Below are positions 39,366 through 49,069 of a stretch of DNA of 64,000 bases, in pieces. The position numbers and the translations under genes were made by a program. Within the stretch, counting starts at the first letter, position 1. Each line of letters opens with the position of its first letter. The stretch is taken from the NCBI GenBank assembly GCA_963677595.1, contig OY782041.1, positions 3,360,001 to 3,424,000 on the forward strand. The letters run 5' to 3'. The notes under the pieces are model-generated. The model was not told where the DNA came from, made no database searches, and saw only the letters and a list, made by a program, of their open reading frames with translations. The DNA is from Spirochaetia bacterium (lineage in GTDB: Bacteria; Spirochaetota; Spirochaetia; CAKZLE01).

Positions 39366-42300
39366 ATGATGGAAACGCTCAAGGATGTGATCGAACGGGC
39401 TGCCGGTACGAAGTACCATGCAGCCCCGTTCTGGGCATGGAATGACGCACTGGATAAGCAGCGGCTCCTCGAACAGCTCGAGGGGATGCGTGAGAAGCAT
39501 ATTGGGGGGGTATTCATCCACTCCAGAGATGGACTCGAGACGGAGTACCTCTCGAAGGAGTGGATGGACTGCACCGATGCGGTCATCGACCATGCGGGAC
39601 GTACCGGCATGGAGGTCTGGATCTACGATGAGGATACCTGGCCCTCGGGAAGCGCAGGGGGAGCCGTCAGTGCGGCGGACCCCGCGGCTTTCTCTGCGAA
39701 GGGCCTGACGATCGAGATCCTCCCCATAGACAGCCCTGCATCATACCGTAGTACGGTACGCAGCCTCCATGCGGAGGCATCCATCCTTGCCATCTACCGG
39801 ATCGAACGAGACCCGGAGTCCAGCCACCTGTTCAGCTTCGAGCAGCTTCCTTCAGAAGATGCAGGTCCGGCTGACCTTCCCGGTGAACTCCTAGCCTTCA
39901 GGGTAGAGACCTCGGGCCCTTCCGAGTGGTACAACGGCTCTGCCCCGAGCGACAACCTCAACCCCGAAGCCGTACGCCGCTTCCTTGACCTCACCCATGA
40001 GCAGTATGCCAAGCGGTTCAGCGACAGCTTCGGAACGGTAGTGAAGGGGTTCTTCACCGATGAGCCGAATGTCTGCGACTTCTTCTCTTCCTTCACCGAG
40101 GGGCGCCCCTGGCTTCCCTGGGGCGGGGACCTGCTGCGGTTCTTCGAACAGAAACGGGGTTATTCCATGCTGCTCGGCCTCCCGCTGCTCTTCTTCGAGG
40201 GCTCCGGCATGGAGAAGATGCGGTATGACTACTGGCTCAGCGTGACTGAGCTCTTCGTCTCCTCCTATACGAGACAGCTCCATGATTGGTGCGATGAGCG
40301 GGACCTCTCCCTTACCGGCCATATGCTCTATGAGAACGACCTCGGCTATGGGGTCCGCTGCAGCGGGGCTGTCATGCCCCACTACCGCTGGATGCATGCA
40401 CCGGGGATAGACCTGCTCGGCGACCAGCGGGAGGAGTACCTCACCGTGAAGCAGTGTACCAGCGTGGCAAACCAGTTCCGGAGGGAGATGGTCGTCAGCG
40501 AGATGTACGGCTGTACCGGCTGGGAGTTCTCCTTCGCAGGGCAGAAGCGTCTCGGTGACTGGCAGTACATCATGGGCGTGACGCGCCGTTGCCAGCACCT
40601 TGCCCTCTATTCGATCACTGGCTGCAGGAAGCGGGACTACCCGCCTGCCTTCAACTACCAGGCACCCTGGTGGGAGCACTCACACCTGCTCGAGGACTAC
40701 TTCGCGCGTCTCGGGGCCTGCACGAGGGCTGGGACCGTCCACCGAGAGATCCTCATGGTCCACCCGGTAGGGACGTTCTGGATGAAGTCAGGGTCCTCCC
40801 CTGATGAGGACCTCTCGAAGGTATATATGAACATGGGCTGGCTCGATCGGCATTTCACCGACCTCAACCGGGAAGGTGACTGGTACAACCGGCTGACTGA
40901 AGAGCTGCTGAGGCTGCAGTTCGACTTCGACTTCGGCGATGAGCTCATCATGAAGGAATCAGGAAGCATCGAAGAGGGTCGGCTGAAGGTCGGCTTCCAC
41001 TCCTACTCGTGTATTGTGGTGCCGCCGGTCGAGACCCTGATGGATTCGACCGTACTGCTGCTGCAGGAGTTCCTCGATGCGGGTGGACATATCGCCTGGA
41101 TGGCACCCTTCCCGAAGATGATCGATGCCCTGGAGACCGATGAGCTCGACTGCCTGATCGCACATGAGCGTGTGCACCAGGTCGAGTCCGTCAGCGAGTT
41201 GGCTTCATGCCTCGATACCCTCATCAAGCGACCGGTACGCATCCTCGACCGCCACGGGAATGATGTGAAGAGGATACTCTCGATGACCCGGGAGGTGGAG
41301 TCTGGAAGGATCATCACGGTCACCCATACTGGTGATACCGAGATAGATGATGTACTGCTTCTCATCTCCTGCAGGGGCAGGGTCACCCAACTCGATCTCC
41401 TCACCGGTGATACGTCCCCAGTGGCGGTGCGGTCACTCAATTCTGACCGTATGGAGACCAAGATCACCTTCTCTGCTGAGGAGACGAAGGTCTTCTTCAT
41501 CGCATATGATGAAGAGCCAGAAGAGGTGAGGGCACTGACTCCTGCGTATCACCACCCCCATGACTCGGTCTCCCTGGTCTACGGGTTCCCTGCCGTATGC
41601 CAGGTCGAACTCTCCGGGGAGAACGGCTTGACCCTTGACCGGTGCCGTATCAGGGTCGGTGATGGACCCTGGGAGGAAGAACAGCCGGTGTGGATTGCCC
41701 AGAAGCTCCTGCGGGAGCAGTTCGGCATGCAGCCGGTCTATTACAACGGTGGACCCCAGCGCTACCTCTGGATCGACGATGACACCTCGTACCCGGTGGT
41801 ACTGCAGTTCACCTTCACGAGCGATGAGATCCCCGATGGGGAAGTCTTCGCTGTCGTGGAGAAGTCGCAGGACATGAGGATTACCTGTAATGGAGATCCC
41901 TGCAGCCTGACAGATGACTGGTTCATCGACCGGGACTTCCAGAAGTGGAAGATGCCATCCCTCGTTGCAGGAGAGAATACCCTCGAGCTGTCCCTCGATT
42001 ACACCGCGGCGACCGAGTTTGAGAATATCTACATCATCGGTGCCTTCGGGGTGAGCCCTGACCGGCAGATCACGTCACTGCCGACTCACCTGAGACGGGG
42101 TGACTGGACGACCCAGGGTCTGTTTCACTACCCGGGGAGCTGTACCTACCGCTATACCGTCCCGGCTGTAGGGAAACAGGATGCTTCCCGGCAGCTCATG
42201 CTCAAGCTCGGGGAGTTCTCCGGGACCCTTGCTGTGATCCGGATCGATGGGGGAGAGCCGATCTATGCATTGCGGGAGAGGGCTATACCCGTTAGCGGGC

Positions 42301-42521
42301 TGCTGGACCCCGAACGGGAGCATAGGGTGGAGATCGAGATCATCGGCAGCCTCAGGAATCTCCTCGGGCCGCTCCACCGGTCAGCGAATGTCTGCAGCAG
42401 GATCAGCTGGGAGGATTTCCATCCCCATGGCTCCCTTTATACCCCTGAATATGGGACAGAACCCGCGGGACTGCTGGGGGAAGTGTATCTCTATACCCTG
42501 AAACAGGAAAAGAATACCTGA
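39366..42521 (+). CDS. Large cytoplasmic glycoside hydrolase, GH106 (alpha-L-rhamnosidase)-like
   Basis: PFWAWN, WIYDEDTWPSGSAGG, FFTDEP, PGIDLL, SEMYG, RKRDYPP; no signal peptide; specificity uncertain. Confidence 0.75.
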   Translation: MMETLKDVIERAAGTKYHAAPFWAWNDALDKQRLLEQLEGMREKHIGGVFIHSRDGLETEYLSKEWMDCTDAVIDHAGRTGMEVWIYDEDTWPSGSAGGAVSAADPAAFSAKGLTIEILPIDSPASYRSTVRSLHAEASILAIYRIERDPESSHLFSFEQLPSEDAGPADLPGELLAFRVETSGPSEWYNGSAPSDNLNPEAVRRFLDLTHEQYAKRFSDSFGTVVKGFFTDEPNVCDFFSSFTEGRPWLPWGGDLLRFFEQKRGYSMLLGLPLLFFEGSGMEKMRYDYWLSVTELFVSSYTRQLHDWCDERDLSLTGHMLYENDLGYGVRCSGAVMPHYRWMHAPGIDLLGDQREEYLTVKQCTSVANQFRREMVVSEMYGCTGWEFSFAGQKRLGDWQYIMGVTRRCQHLALYSITGCRKRDYPPAFNYQAPWWEHSHLLEDYFARLGACTRAGTVHREILMVHPVGTFWMKSGSSPDEDLSKVYMNMGWLDRHFTDLNREGDWYNRLTEELLRLQFDFDFGDELIMKESGSIEEGRLKVGFHSYSCIVVPPVETLMDSTVLLLQEFLDAGGHIAWMAPFPKMIDALETDELDCLIAHERVHQVESVSELASCLDTLIKRPVRILDRHGNDVKRILSMTREVESGRIITVTHTGDTEIDDVLLLISCRGRVTQLDLLTGDTSPVAVRSLNSDRMETKITFSAEETKVFFIAYDEEPEEVRALTPAYHHPHDSVSLVYGFPAVCQVELSGENGLTLDRCRIRVGDGPWEEEQPVWIAQKLLREQFGMQPVYYNGGPQRYLWIDDDTSYPVVLQFTFTSDEIPDGEVFAVVEKSQDMRITCNGDPCSLTDDWFIDRDFQKWKMPSLVAGENTLELSLDYTAATEFENIYIIGAFGVSPDRQITSLPTHLRRGDWTTQGLFHYPGSCTYRYTVPAVGKQDASRQLMLKLGEFSGTLAVIRIDGGEPIYALRERAIPVSGLLDPEREHRVEIEIIGSLRNLLGPLHRSANVCSRISWEDFHPHGSLYTPEYGTEPAGLLGEVYLYTLKQEKNT

Positions 42522-42624
42522 AATATTGTTCATGTTCGGCTGTAGGAAGAAGAATTTCCTTCATCTCAGCCCGATTCTGTCATATACTGATGCAAATTCA
42601 CACAGGGGACACAGGCATAGGTCA

Positions 42625-43713
42625 ATGGGAAGACGTACGAACATCCTTACTCAGAAGATAGAACGCGGGGAGATGGCGCTGGAGCTTCTTACGCTGAACC
42701 TCCACCGGATGATGATCGTGGCTCCCATCCTCTTCTTCATGGAGATCTTCGTCTACCTCGGTTCTGACAAGCTCATGGATACGGGGTACATCATCCTCCC
42801 GTTCCTCATCTCGAACCTGGTCACCGTGCCCCTGCTGTTCATCTCATGGAAGCGTATCGCATTGAACCGACTTGGCTTGTCGCAGTTCAGCCTCTGTCTC
42901 TACATAGCGACCTTCCTGGCTTTCGGGATCGCGCTCACGCTCCATACGGTCAAGTCCTTCGACCTGGTGCATGTCTATCTGATCTTTGCCATGGGAATCA
43001 GTCTCTTCATCTACCTCAATCCCCTGAGGCATGGGATCCTGCTTGGGATCTCCCTTGCTGTCTTCCTCTTCTTCCTGCCCAGGTTCCAGGACATACCTGC
43101 ACAGAATGCCGTCACTGGAAGCAATGCCGCGATTTCGATCTTCCTCTCCTGGCTCTTCGGCCGTGTCTCCCTCGCGCTGATGATCTCGAACTTCCGGGCG
43201 AAACGAGCCCTGGAGATCCAGAACCGTCGGCTCGTCAGGATGGTGAGGCATGACCAGATGACCGACCTACTCACCCATGAGGCCTCCTTCGAGACGCTCT
43301 CGAGCGAGATCGAGCAGGCCCTGGAGAATGAGAAGCCGTTAGCACTCTTCCTCTTCGACGTGGATGACTTCAAGCAGATCAATGAGGGGTTCGGCCACCT
43401 CTCCGGCGACAAGGTGCTCATAGAGGTGGCGAAGACCATCAAGCAGGTTGTGAGGCCTGCGGACCAGGCCGGCCGGTACGGCGGGGATGAGTTCCTCATC
43501 ATCATGCCGGCAACCACCCTCGGGGAGGCGAAGCCCCTCGTTACTGAGCTCTCCGATGCGATCCATCGCCTGGACCTGCTTCCCGGCAGGAAGGTCACCC
43601 TGAGCGGCGGGCTCGTCGAGCTGCGGGGTGAGTCAACGATCGAGTTGATCGACCATGCCGATAAGCTCCTCTTCCAGGCAAAAGCCCAGGGCAAGGACCA
43701 GTTCATCTGTTGA
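42625..43713 (+). CDS. Membrane diguanylate cyclase
   Basis: About six TM; DVDDFKQINEGFGH; RPAD I-site; GGDEF. Confidence 0.9.
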   Translation: MGRRTNILTQKIERGEMALELLTLNLHRMMIVAPILFFMEIFVYLGSDKLMDTGYIILPFLISNLVTVPLLFISWKRIALNRLGLSQFSLCLYIATFLAFGIALTLHTVKSFDLVHVYLIFAMGISLFIYLNPLRHGILLGISLAVFLFFLPRFQDIPAQNAVTGSNAAISIFLSWLFGRVSLALMISNFRAKRALEIQNRRLVRMVRHDQMTDLLTHEASFETLSSEIEQALENEKPLALFLFDVDDFKQINEGFGHLSGDKVLIEVAKTIKQVVRPADQAGRYGGDEFLIIMPATTLGEAKPLVTELSDAIHRLDLLPGRKVTLSGGLVELRGESTIELIDHADKLLFQAKAQGKDQFIC

Positions 43714-43903
43714 GCAGGGCCTATCAGACGTTGCCTGGGATAGAGAGCGGTACCCGACCCCCTACACACAACTGCAGTCTTGGTATACTTGGGTATATCT
43801 TTATACGGATCACTCATTGCACAGGTCTCTATACCCGGAAATGGGAATTGTGTCTTTTTGACTCCTCTTATAGTGTACAACGTATCGATGAAACTCTTGT
43901 TAT

Positions 43904-43925
43904 TTAGTATCAAATATAGTACTAA
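43904..43925. promoter_or_regulatory. Palindromic operator candidate for HicB
   Basis: TTAGTA-TCAAATATAG-TACTAA overlapping TATAGT -10, just upstream of hicA. Confidence 0.6.
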
Positions 43926-43930
43926 TACAG

Positions 43931-44203
43931 GTGGCGTCAGTGTCAAAGAGACGGAAAAGAATAGAGTCTGTCTTACGTAATAGGACGGATGTTGATTTTG
44001 CGACGTTAGACCGGATCCTCAAGGATTTCGGGTTTATCCCCAAGCAGCCAAAGCGGGGGAGTTCCCATTATACCTATAGGAATGCGGAAACTGCTGAGAA
44101 AATAACTGTCGCAAAACACAATTCGGTGAATCAGTCAACAGTTGATGCGATTATCAACATACTGGATCTTAAAGGATGGGTACTGCATGAAAACGGTAGA
44201 TGA
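43931..44203 (+). CDS. hicA: HicA-family toxin
   Basis: GF...RGSSHYTY motif, small basic protein, overlaps hicB; AT-rich. Confidence 0.85.
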   Translation: MASVSKRRKRIESVLRNRTDVDFATLDRILKDFGFIPKQPKRGSSHYTYRNAETAEKITVAKHNSVNQSTVDAIINILDLKGWVLHENGR

Positions 44204-44642
44204 GTATTTGAGATTACCGTATACCTTTGAAACGATCAGACAGGAGGATGGTTCTGTTTTTATCGCGGTGAAGGAACTGAGTGGATGTATGTCGTGTGGA
44301 GGTTCCATAGAGGAAGCTTATGAGATGATCAAGGATGCAATGGAATCTTGGATATCTGTTACCCTTGAGAATCAGGATCCGATCCCGGAACCGGAAATTT
44401 GCTCCCCGAAAGAGTACAGCGGTAGGTTCGTAGTGCGTACCCCGCAACAGCTGCATAAGGAACTTGTCCTGAAAGCTGCCGAGAACGGGGTAAGCTTGAA
44501 CTCTTTTGTTGTATCGCTCCTGTCAAGACGCTGCGGAATCATCGATGCGAAGCATGAGATCATTCAGGAACTCTTAAGAGGGACTTGTTCTGGGAAGGAT
44601 GAGCAGACTGCGGCAAGCTTTGCTCACGTTCACGTTAACTGA
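44187..44642 (+). CDS. hicB: HicB-family antitoxin (RNase H-like + RHH)
   Basis: EL.GC.S.G.SIEEA...DPIPEP; YSGRFVVRTP..LH..L...A...GVSLN. Confidence 0.9.
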   Translation: MKTVDEYLRLPYTFETIRQEDGSVFIAVKELSGCMSCGGSIEEAYEMIKDAMESWISVTLENQDPIPEPEICSPKEYSGRFVVRTPQQLHKELVLKAAENGVSLNSFVVSLLSRRCGIIDAKHEIIQELLRGTCSGKDEQTAASFAHVHVN

Positions 44643-44737
44643 TCTATTCATACTACAGCTCATGCGGACTTAAAGTTCAGAGAAAGCTTCGGGGAATGCA
44701 GATTGAAATACCAAAGAAGTTCAGCTTTGGTACGTCC

Positions 44738-47359
44738 CTACAACCGCTCCCTGATCCCATCGGCATCCAGGTCGATTGCCTCTGCGGTAAGGGTGATCCC
44801 GTGTTCCTCCAGCATGGCTGTCTGCGCTTCTATGAAGCTTGCGAAATCCTGGGGCTCCCTCGAGAGGATCACGAAGGCACTGCGTGCGATGCGGAAGATG
44901 AACGAATCAGGGTAGGTTGCCTCCATGCGAGAGGCGAAACCTGCGAGCAGGGTCCTTCCGGTCTCCCAGCCAGCTGAAATGCTGTAGGCATCGAAGCCCT
45001 TCAACGCTATATGCATCCCGCAGCAGATCTGTGACCGCCACTCCTCTGTCTCTATGAAGACCGAGAGGAACGACTTGTTGTAGAGGTTTGTCGTGTTGTC
45101 CTTGAAGTGGTAGGCCATCCGCTCGAAATCAGAGCCGCTTACCGGCAGCTGGCTGACGGAGTTCTCCTCGGTGACATCCTTGAGGGCGGAGACGGCATAC
45201 CCAACGACCCTCGGGTCGAACTGTGTGCCGCTGCAGGCGGTAAGTTCCTCAAGTGCATTCTCGATCGTCCTGCGTTTCTTGTAGATCCTGTTAGTGGTCA
45301 TGGCATCGAAGGAGTCCGCGACTGCCATGATGCGGGAGAGCAGGGGGATTGCATCACCAGTAAGCCCCTTCGGGTAGCCGGTGCCGTCATACTTCTCATG
45401 GTGGTAGACCATGATGTCCCTCAGGCTCCTGAAGAACCCGATCTCCCCGAGGACCTCGGCCCCAGCTATGACGTGGTCCTTGATCAGCTGGTACTCCTTG
45501 GCAGTTAGTCTTCCCGGCTTCAGCAGTACCGAGTCAGGTGTCACGATCTTCCCGATGTCATGCAGCATGGATGCCTCATTGAGGTCCGAGAGCTGCTGTT
45601 CGTCGAGTCCCATCGCCCTCCCGATCTTCATGGCATACTCGGAGACCCGCCGGGTATGTCCTGCCGTGTAGTTGTCCCGCTTCTCGATGAGGTCCGCCAT
45701 GGCGAAGAGCATCTCTCGGTAACTCTCGAGTCGCTCCCGCTCGAGCTGCTCGTTCTCCTCCTTGCGCTTCAGCGAGAGGATCGACTTGGAGATCGTCTGC
45801 CCGAGCTCCTGGAAGAGAAGCCGCTCCTCTTCGAGGTCATGGGTTGTAGAGGTGAAGATCACCATGTAGCCGAAGACCGGGGCCCTGTCCGACTGCGAGA
45901 CGAGGGGCACGAAGACCAGCGCCTTGATATGATGGTCAGTCAGGAAGCTCTCGACATACTCGGCGCAGGGCCTGCTGCGGAGGTCGTTCTCCACCAGGAT
46001 ATGGCCGGTAGCCAGAGACTCCTGAACCTGGGGTGAGGTCTCTAGCTTCTTGTAGAACCGATCCAGGGCGGCAGTATCCATGTCTTGCTTGACGGCACTC
46101 GATACCAGCAGTTCGTTCAGCTTGCTGTCGAAGGTGTGGACATGGGCGAAATTGTAGAAGTCATGGAGCGTGATCCGCTCGCAGGTATCGGAAAGTAGGC
46201 TATCAATCTTATCGACGACGTTGAGATGCTCACTCACGCTGAAGACCGTTTCCAGCACATTCTTGATGTAAAGCTCCTTCTGCAGGGAAAACTGGATCTC
46301 TTTCGTGCGTTCCTGCACAGTATGCTCCAAGACTCTCTTCTGCTGCTCCAGCCACGTCTTTCGCCTGTGTATGAAGAAGAGCACAGCAAAGACCAGGGTG
46401 ACAGCCAGGAAGCTCAGCAGGGAGACAGTAACCATGCGAGACCTGATCACCGCAAGCTTTGGAAGGGGGCTGGCCACGAAGATGTAGGCGACTGAGTTCC
46501 CTATCACATTCTCGACAGGGATGAGGTTGATGATAGTCTCTTTCCCGTCCAGCTGTCTGGTAATGCTGAACGGCTCGATCTGGGCGAGTGCCTCACCCAA
46601 GCCGTCGGCGGCAAGCATCTCCAATACAGCTGGGTTGTCTGCGGTGAAGCCCTCGTTATTTAAGCCGTTATCAAGGGCAAACCCCTCACCGAAGGGGCTC
46701 TCGCTGTAGTTTCCCTTCTCCTCCTCGAAGACCTTCTCCCCGATCACTTCAGTGCTGAGCATGAAATAGTAGGAATCCCCGTAGATATGGTGGAGTGAGT
46801 CGAGCAAGGCTCCTTCCGAGACACTGATTTCCACCGTACCCAGGTGCCTGCCTTCATAGGGAATAGGATAGACGAAGCGGTAGCCGTTGAAGATGCGGCC
46901 CTCCTCGAAACCCTGAACCGGCTCCTCAAGTGTATTGGCAAGCATGACTGAGTAGCGGATATCGAAGAGCCGGTCGCCGTAGGTCCCAGGCCGGTGCATC
47001 CTCAGGAAGCTTGTCCCGTCGGGGAGGTGGAACTGTACCTGCCTGACTTCGGCGATCTCGACGAGATTTTGGTAGGCATACTCCATATGGTCATAGAGTT
47101 GTGCTCTCAGTCTGTCCAAGGTAGGTTGATCCACATACTTTATCTGCGACAGGATCTCAAGGACTTCAGGGACCAGGATCTCGTTGTGGAACGAGACATC
47201 ACTGTTCACCTTGAGGGTATAGATAATATTATCGATTCGATCGAGATGCTGCTCGTAGGCCTCTGCGATAAGATCCTGCCTCGAAGATGTATAGCTGTTG
47301 ACCGAGAAAAACACAGCTACAGCAAGAATGAGAATATAGAGACCGATAATCTTCTTCAT
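44738..47359 (-). CDS. Cache-GAF-HD-GYP phosphodiesterase with degenerate C-terminal GGDEF-like domain
   Basis: TM-SFLRMHRP Cache-like-TM; YTAGHT, LHDIGK, HHEKYDGTGYP, VADSFDAM. Confidence 0.88.
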   Translation of the reverse strand: MKKIIGLYILILAVAVFFSVNSYTSSRQDLIAEAYEQHLDRIDNIIYTLKVNSDVSFHNEILVPEVLEILSQIKYVDQPTLDRLRAQLYDHMEYAYQNLVEIAEVRQVQFHLPDGTSFLRMHRPGTYGDRLFDIRYSVMLANTLEEPVQGFEEGRIFNGYRFVYPIPYEGRHLGTVEISVSEGALLDSLHHIYGDSYYFMLSTEVIGEKVFEEEKGNYSESPFGEGFALDNGLNNEGFTADNPAVLEMLAADGLGEALAQIEPFSITRQLDGKETIINLIPVENVIGNSVAYIFVASPLPKLAVIRSRMVTVSLLSFLAVTLVFAVLFFIHRRKTWLEQQKRVLEHTVQERTKEIQFSLQKELYIKNVLETVFSVSEHLNVVDKIDSLLSDTCERITLHDFYNFAHVHTFDSKLNELLVSSAVKQDMDTAALDRFYKKLETSPQVQESLATGHILVENDLRSRPCAEYVESFLTDHHIKALVFVPLVSQSDRAPVFGYMVIFTSTTHDLEEERLLFQELGQTISKSILSLKRKEENEQLERERLESYREMLFAMADLIEKRDNYTAGHTRRVSEYAMKIGRAMGLDEQQLSDLNEASMLHDIGKIVTPDSVLLKPGRLTAKEYQLIKDHVIAGAEVLGEIGFFRSLRDIMVYHHEKYDGTGYPKGLTGDAIPLLSRIMAVADSFDAMTTNRIYKKRRTIENALEELTACSGTQFDPRVVGYAVSALKDVTEENSVSQLPVSGSDFERMAYHFKDNTTNLYNKSFLSVFIETEEWRSQICCGMHIALKGFDAYSISAGWETGRTLLAGFASRMEATYPDSFIFRIARSAFVILSREPQDFASFIEAQTAMLEEHGITLTAEAIDLDADGIRERL

Positions 47360-47524
47360 GTAAACCCTCAAGGATGAGAAAGATTGACTTATTATATCAT
47401 GGAAAACTGGGGAACAGTCGCTGAAATTGAATAGTCGTAACAGGCTGGCAAGACAAGGATGGTAGTATGCTGTTGAGTACCTGTCTGACTTGCTGCAGGA
47501 GGGATGAACTAGTAAAATGATTCC

Positions 47525-49069
47525 TTACATTAGCTGCTTCAGCAACCAGATAGGAGTGCAGCTCCAGGCATGGCAGTAGCTGTTGACCAGGAAGCTCCCA
47601 TAGGGGGAGAAATACAGGTCCTCAGGGCGGTATACCTCCCAGAAGGTATCGGCCCCGAGGCTTGCCATCCCGCCCCAGAACTCGCGAATGACCTCATGTG
47701 CCTGCTCCCTCAGCCCCGCCTTGATCAGGGCCTCGACGTAGTAGTGCATGAGGTAGGGGGTGGTGATCGAGAGACAGGTAGTAGACAGATCCCTGGAAAG
47801 GATCTCCCGTGCCCGATCGGTGTCTGCCACCCCTGATAACACCATCCATATCTGAGATGCATAGGAAGCCTGTCTCTGAGTTCCGCTCAGGTAGAGACCG
47901 AGTAGGGGATCGTAAGACTGGTCTGCCCGATTGCGGGATCTTCCGATCAGTCCCTCCAGTTCCTCTGCAGTCTCCGTATCACCAAGGATCCCTGCCATCC
48001 GTATCCCTGCCTCCATGCAGTAGATGAGGATGCCAAGAGCCGGGAGACGCTTGTCGAGGTCGGGGTGCCAGTCGATGAAGGCCCACCAGCTCTCATCATC
48101 TGGTATGGATCCGAGCTGCTTCCTGCCGAGCTTTATCTGCCGTAATGCGACGGGGTAGAGCTCCTCGAGCGTCTCCCGGTCCCCGCTAGCCTCATAGTAC
48201 TCCAGCAGGGTCGGGACGAAGAGCAGGTAGTAGTCGAAGAGGTAGATGGTGTCAGGCCGTACGACCGGCTCAGTGAAGAGACAGGAGGCGATCCTCCCGT
48301 TGATATCTCTCGTACCTGCGAAGAGGTAGAGACACCGCTTGACGAGATCATGATTCCGGTAGCTCTCGTAGTTAGCCAGGGCCTGGAGCCGCAGGTCCCC
48401 CAGCCAGAGCCGTCGGTCCCGCTTGGGACCGTCCTCGAAGACGTCCTGCATGCAGTCACGCAGGGTCCTCCGGCTGATCTCGTCGATCGTGCCGAGTATG
48501 CCCGGATAGCGTGAAGCAGATATGTCCAGCTCTTTTGCTGAACTCTGCTGGATGCAGCTGACTTGTTCCAGGACGAGGCTGTTCTTCGTGGAGATCCCGA
48601 GGAGCTCAACCTTCAGGTACCTGAAGCTGAACCTCCGCTCAAGCTGCAGTACCGATGGGGTGGCATCCAGGAAGCGGGTCTCCTCCTGGAACCAGGTGTC
48701 GCTGAGCCAGCCATCATAGTCGTCGGTCGGGTAGAAGAGTTCTGAGGGCAGCTCGCCGAAGCTGAATCTCAGCTTCACCGGGGCATCCTGGGGGTTGTCT
48801 TCCACATCGAAGCTGAAGGCGGCCCTGCCGACCAGATGCTCCCCGAAGTCAAAGATGACCGAAGAGCCTTTCCCGGTGAACCTGAACGGCAGGAGGGCAG
48901 GAGTCGTACTGCCGACAGCAACCCCGTGCAGGGAATGCTCATCGGGTACGAGGGAGACGATACGCACCGGCTCCCTGGTCCTGGTCGTCATAGGGCATGT
49001 GGCTGCTTCCGCCTTCTTAAGAAACCTCTCCTCATATGCAGTCGGGGTATGGTCGGCCTGGGTACCCAT
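47525..49069 (-). CDS. GH78 alpha-L-rhamnosidase (short form)
   Basis: FDFGEH, EDGPKRDRRLWLGD, TFWE, SYCHAWS; TGATG overlap with upstream gene. Confidence 0.9.
   Translation of the reverse strand: MGTQADHTPTAYEERFLKKAEAATCPMTTRTREPVRIVSLVPDEHSLHGVAVGSTTPALLPFRFTGKGSSVIFDFGEHLVGRAAFSFDVEDNPQDAPVKLRFSFGELPSELFYPTDDYDGWLSDTWFQEETRFLDATPSVLQLERRFSFRYLKVELLGISTKNSLVLEQVSCIQQSSAKELDISASRYPGILGTIDEISRRTLRDCMQDVFEDGPKRDRRLWLGDLRLQALANYESYRNHDLVKRCLYLFAGTRDINGRIASCLFTEPVVRPDTIYLFDYYLLFVPTLLEYYEASGDRETLEELYPVALRQIKLGRKQLGSIPDDESWWAFIDWHPDLDKRLPALGILIYCMEAGIRMAGILGDTETAEELEGLIGRSRNRADQSYDPLLGLYLSGTQRQASYASQIWMVLSGVADTDRAREILSRDLSTTCLSITTPYLMHYYVEALIKAGLREQAHEVIREFWGGMASLGADTFWEVYRPEDLYFSPYGSFLVNSYCHAWSCTPIWLLKQLM

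Noticed and set aside
17424-44737. AT-rich single-gene islets as integron cassettes or transposon cargo
   Set aside because: No attC-like sites, terminal repeats, target duplications, integrase or transposase found by eye
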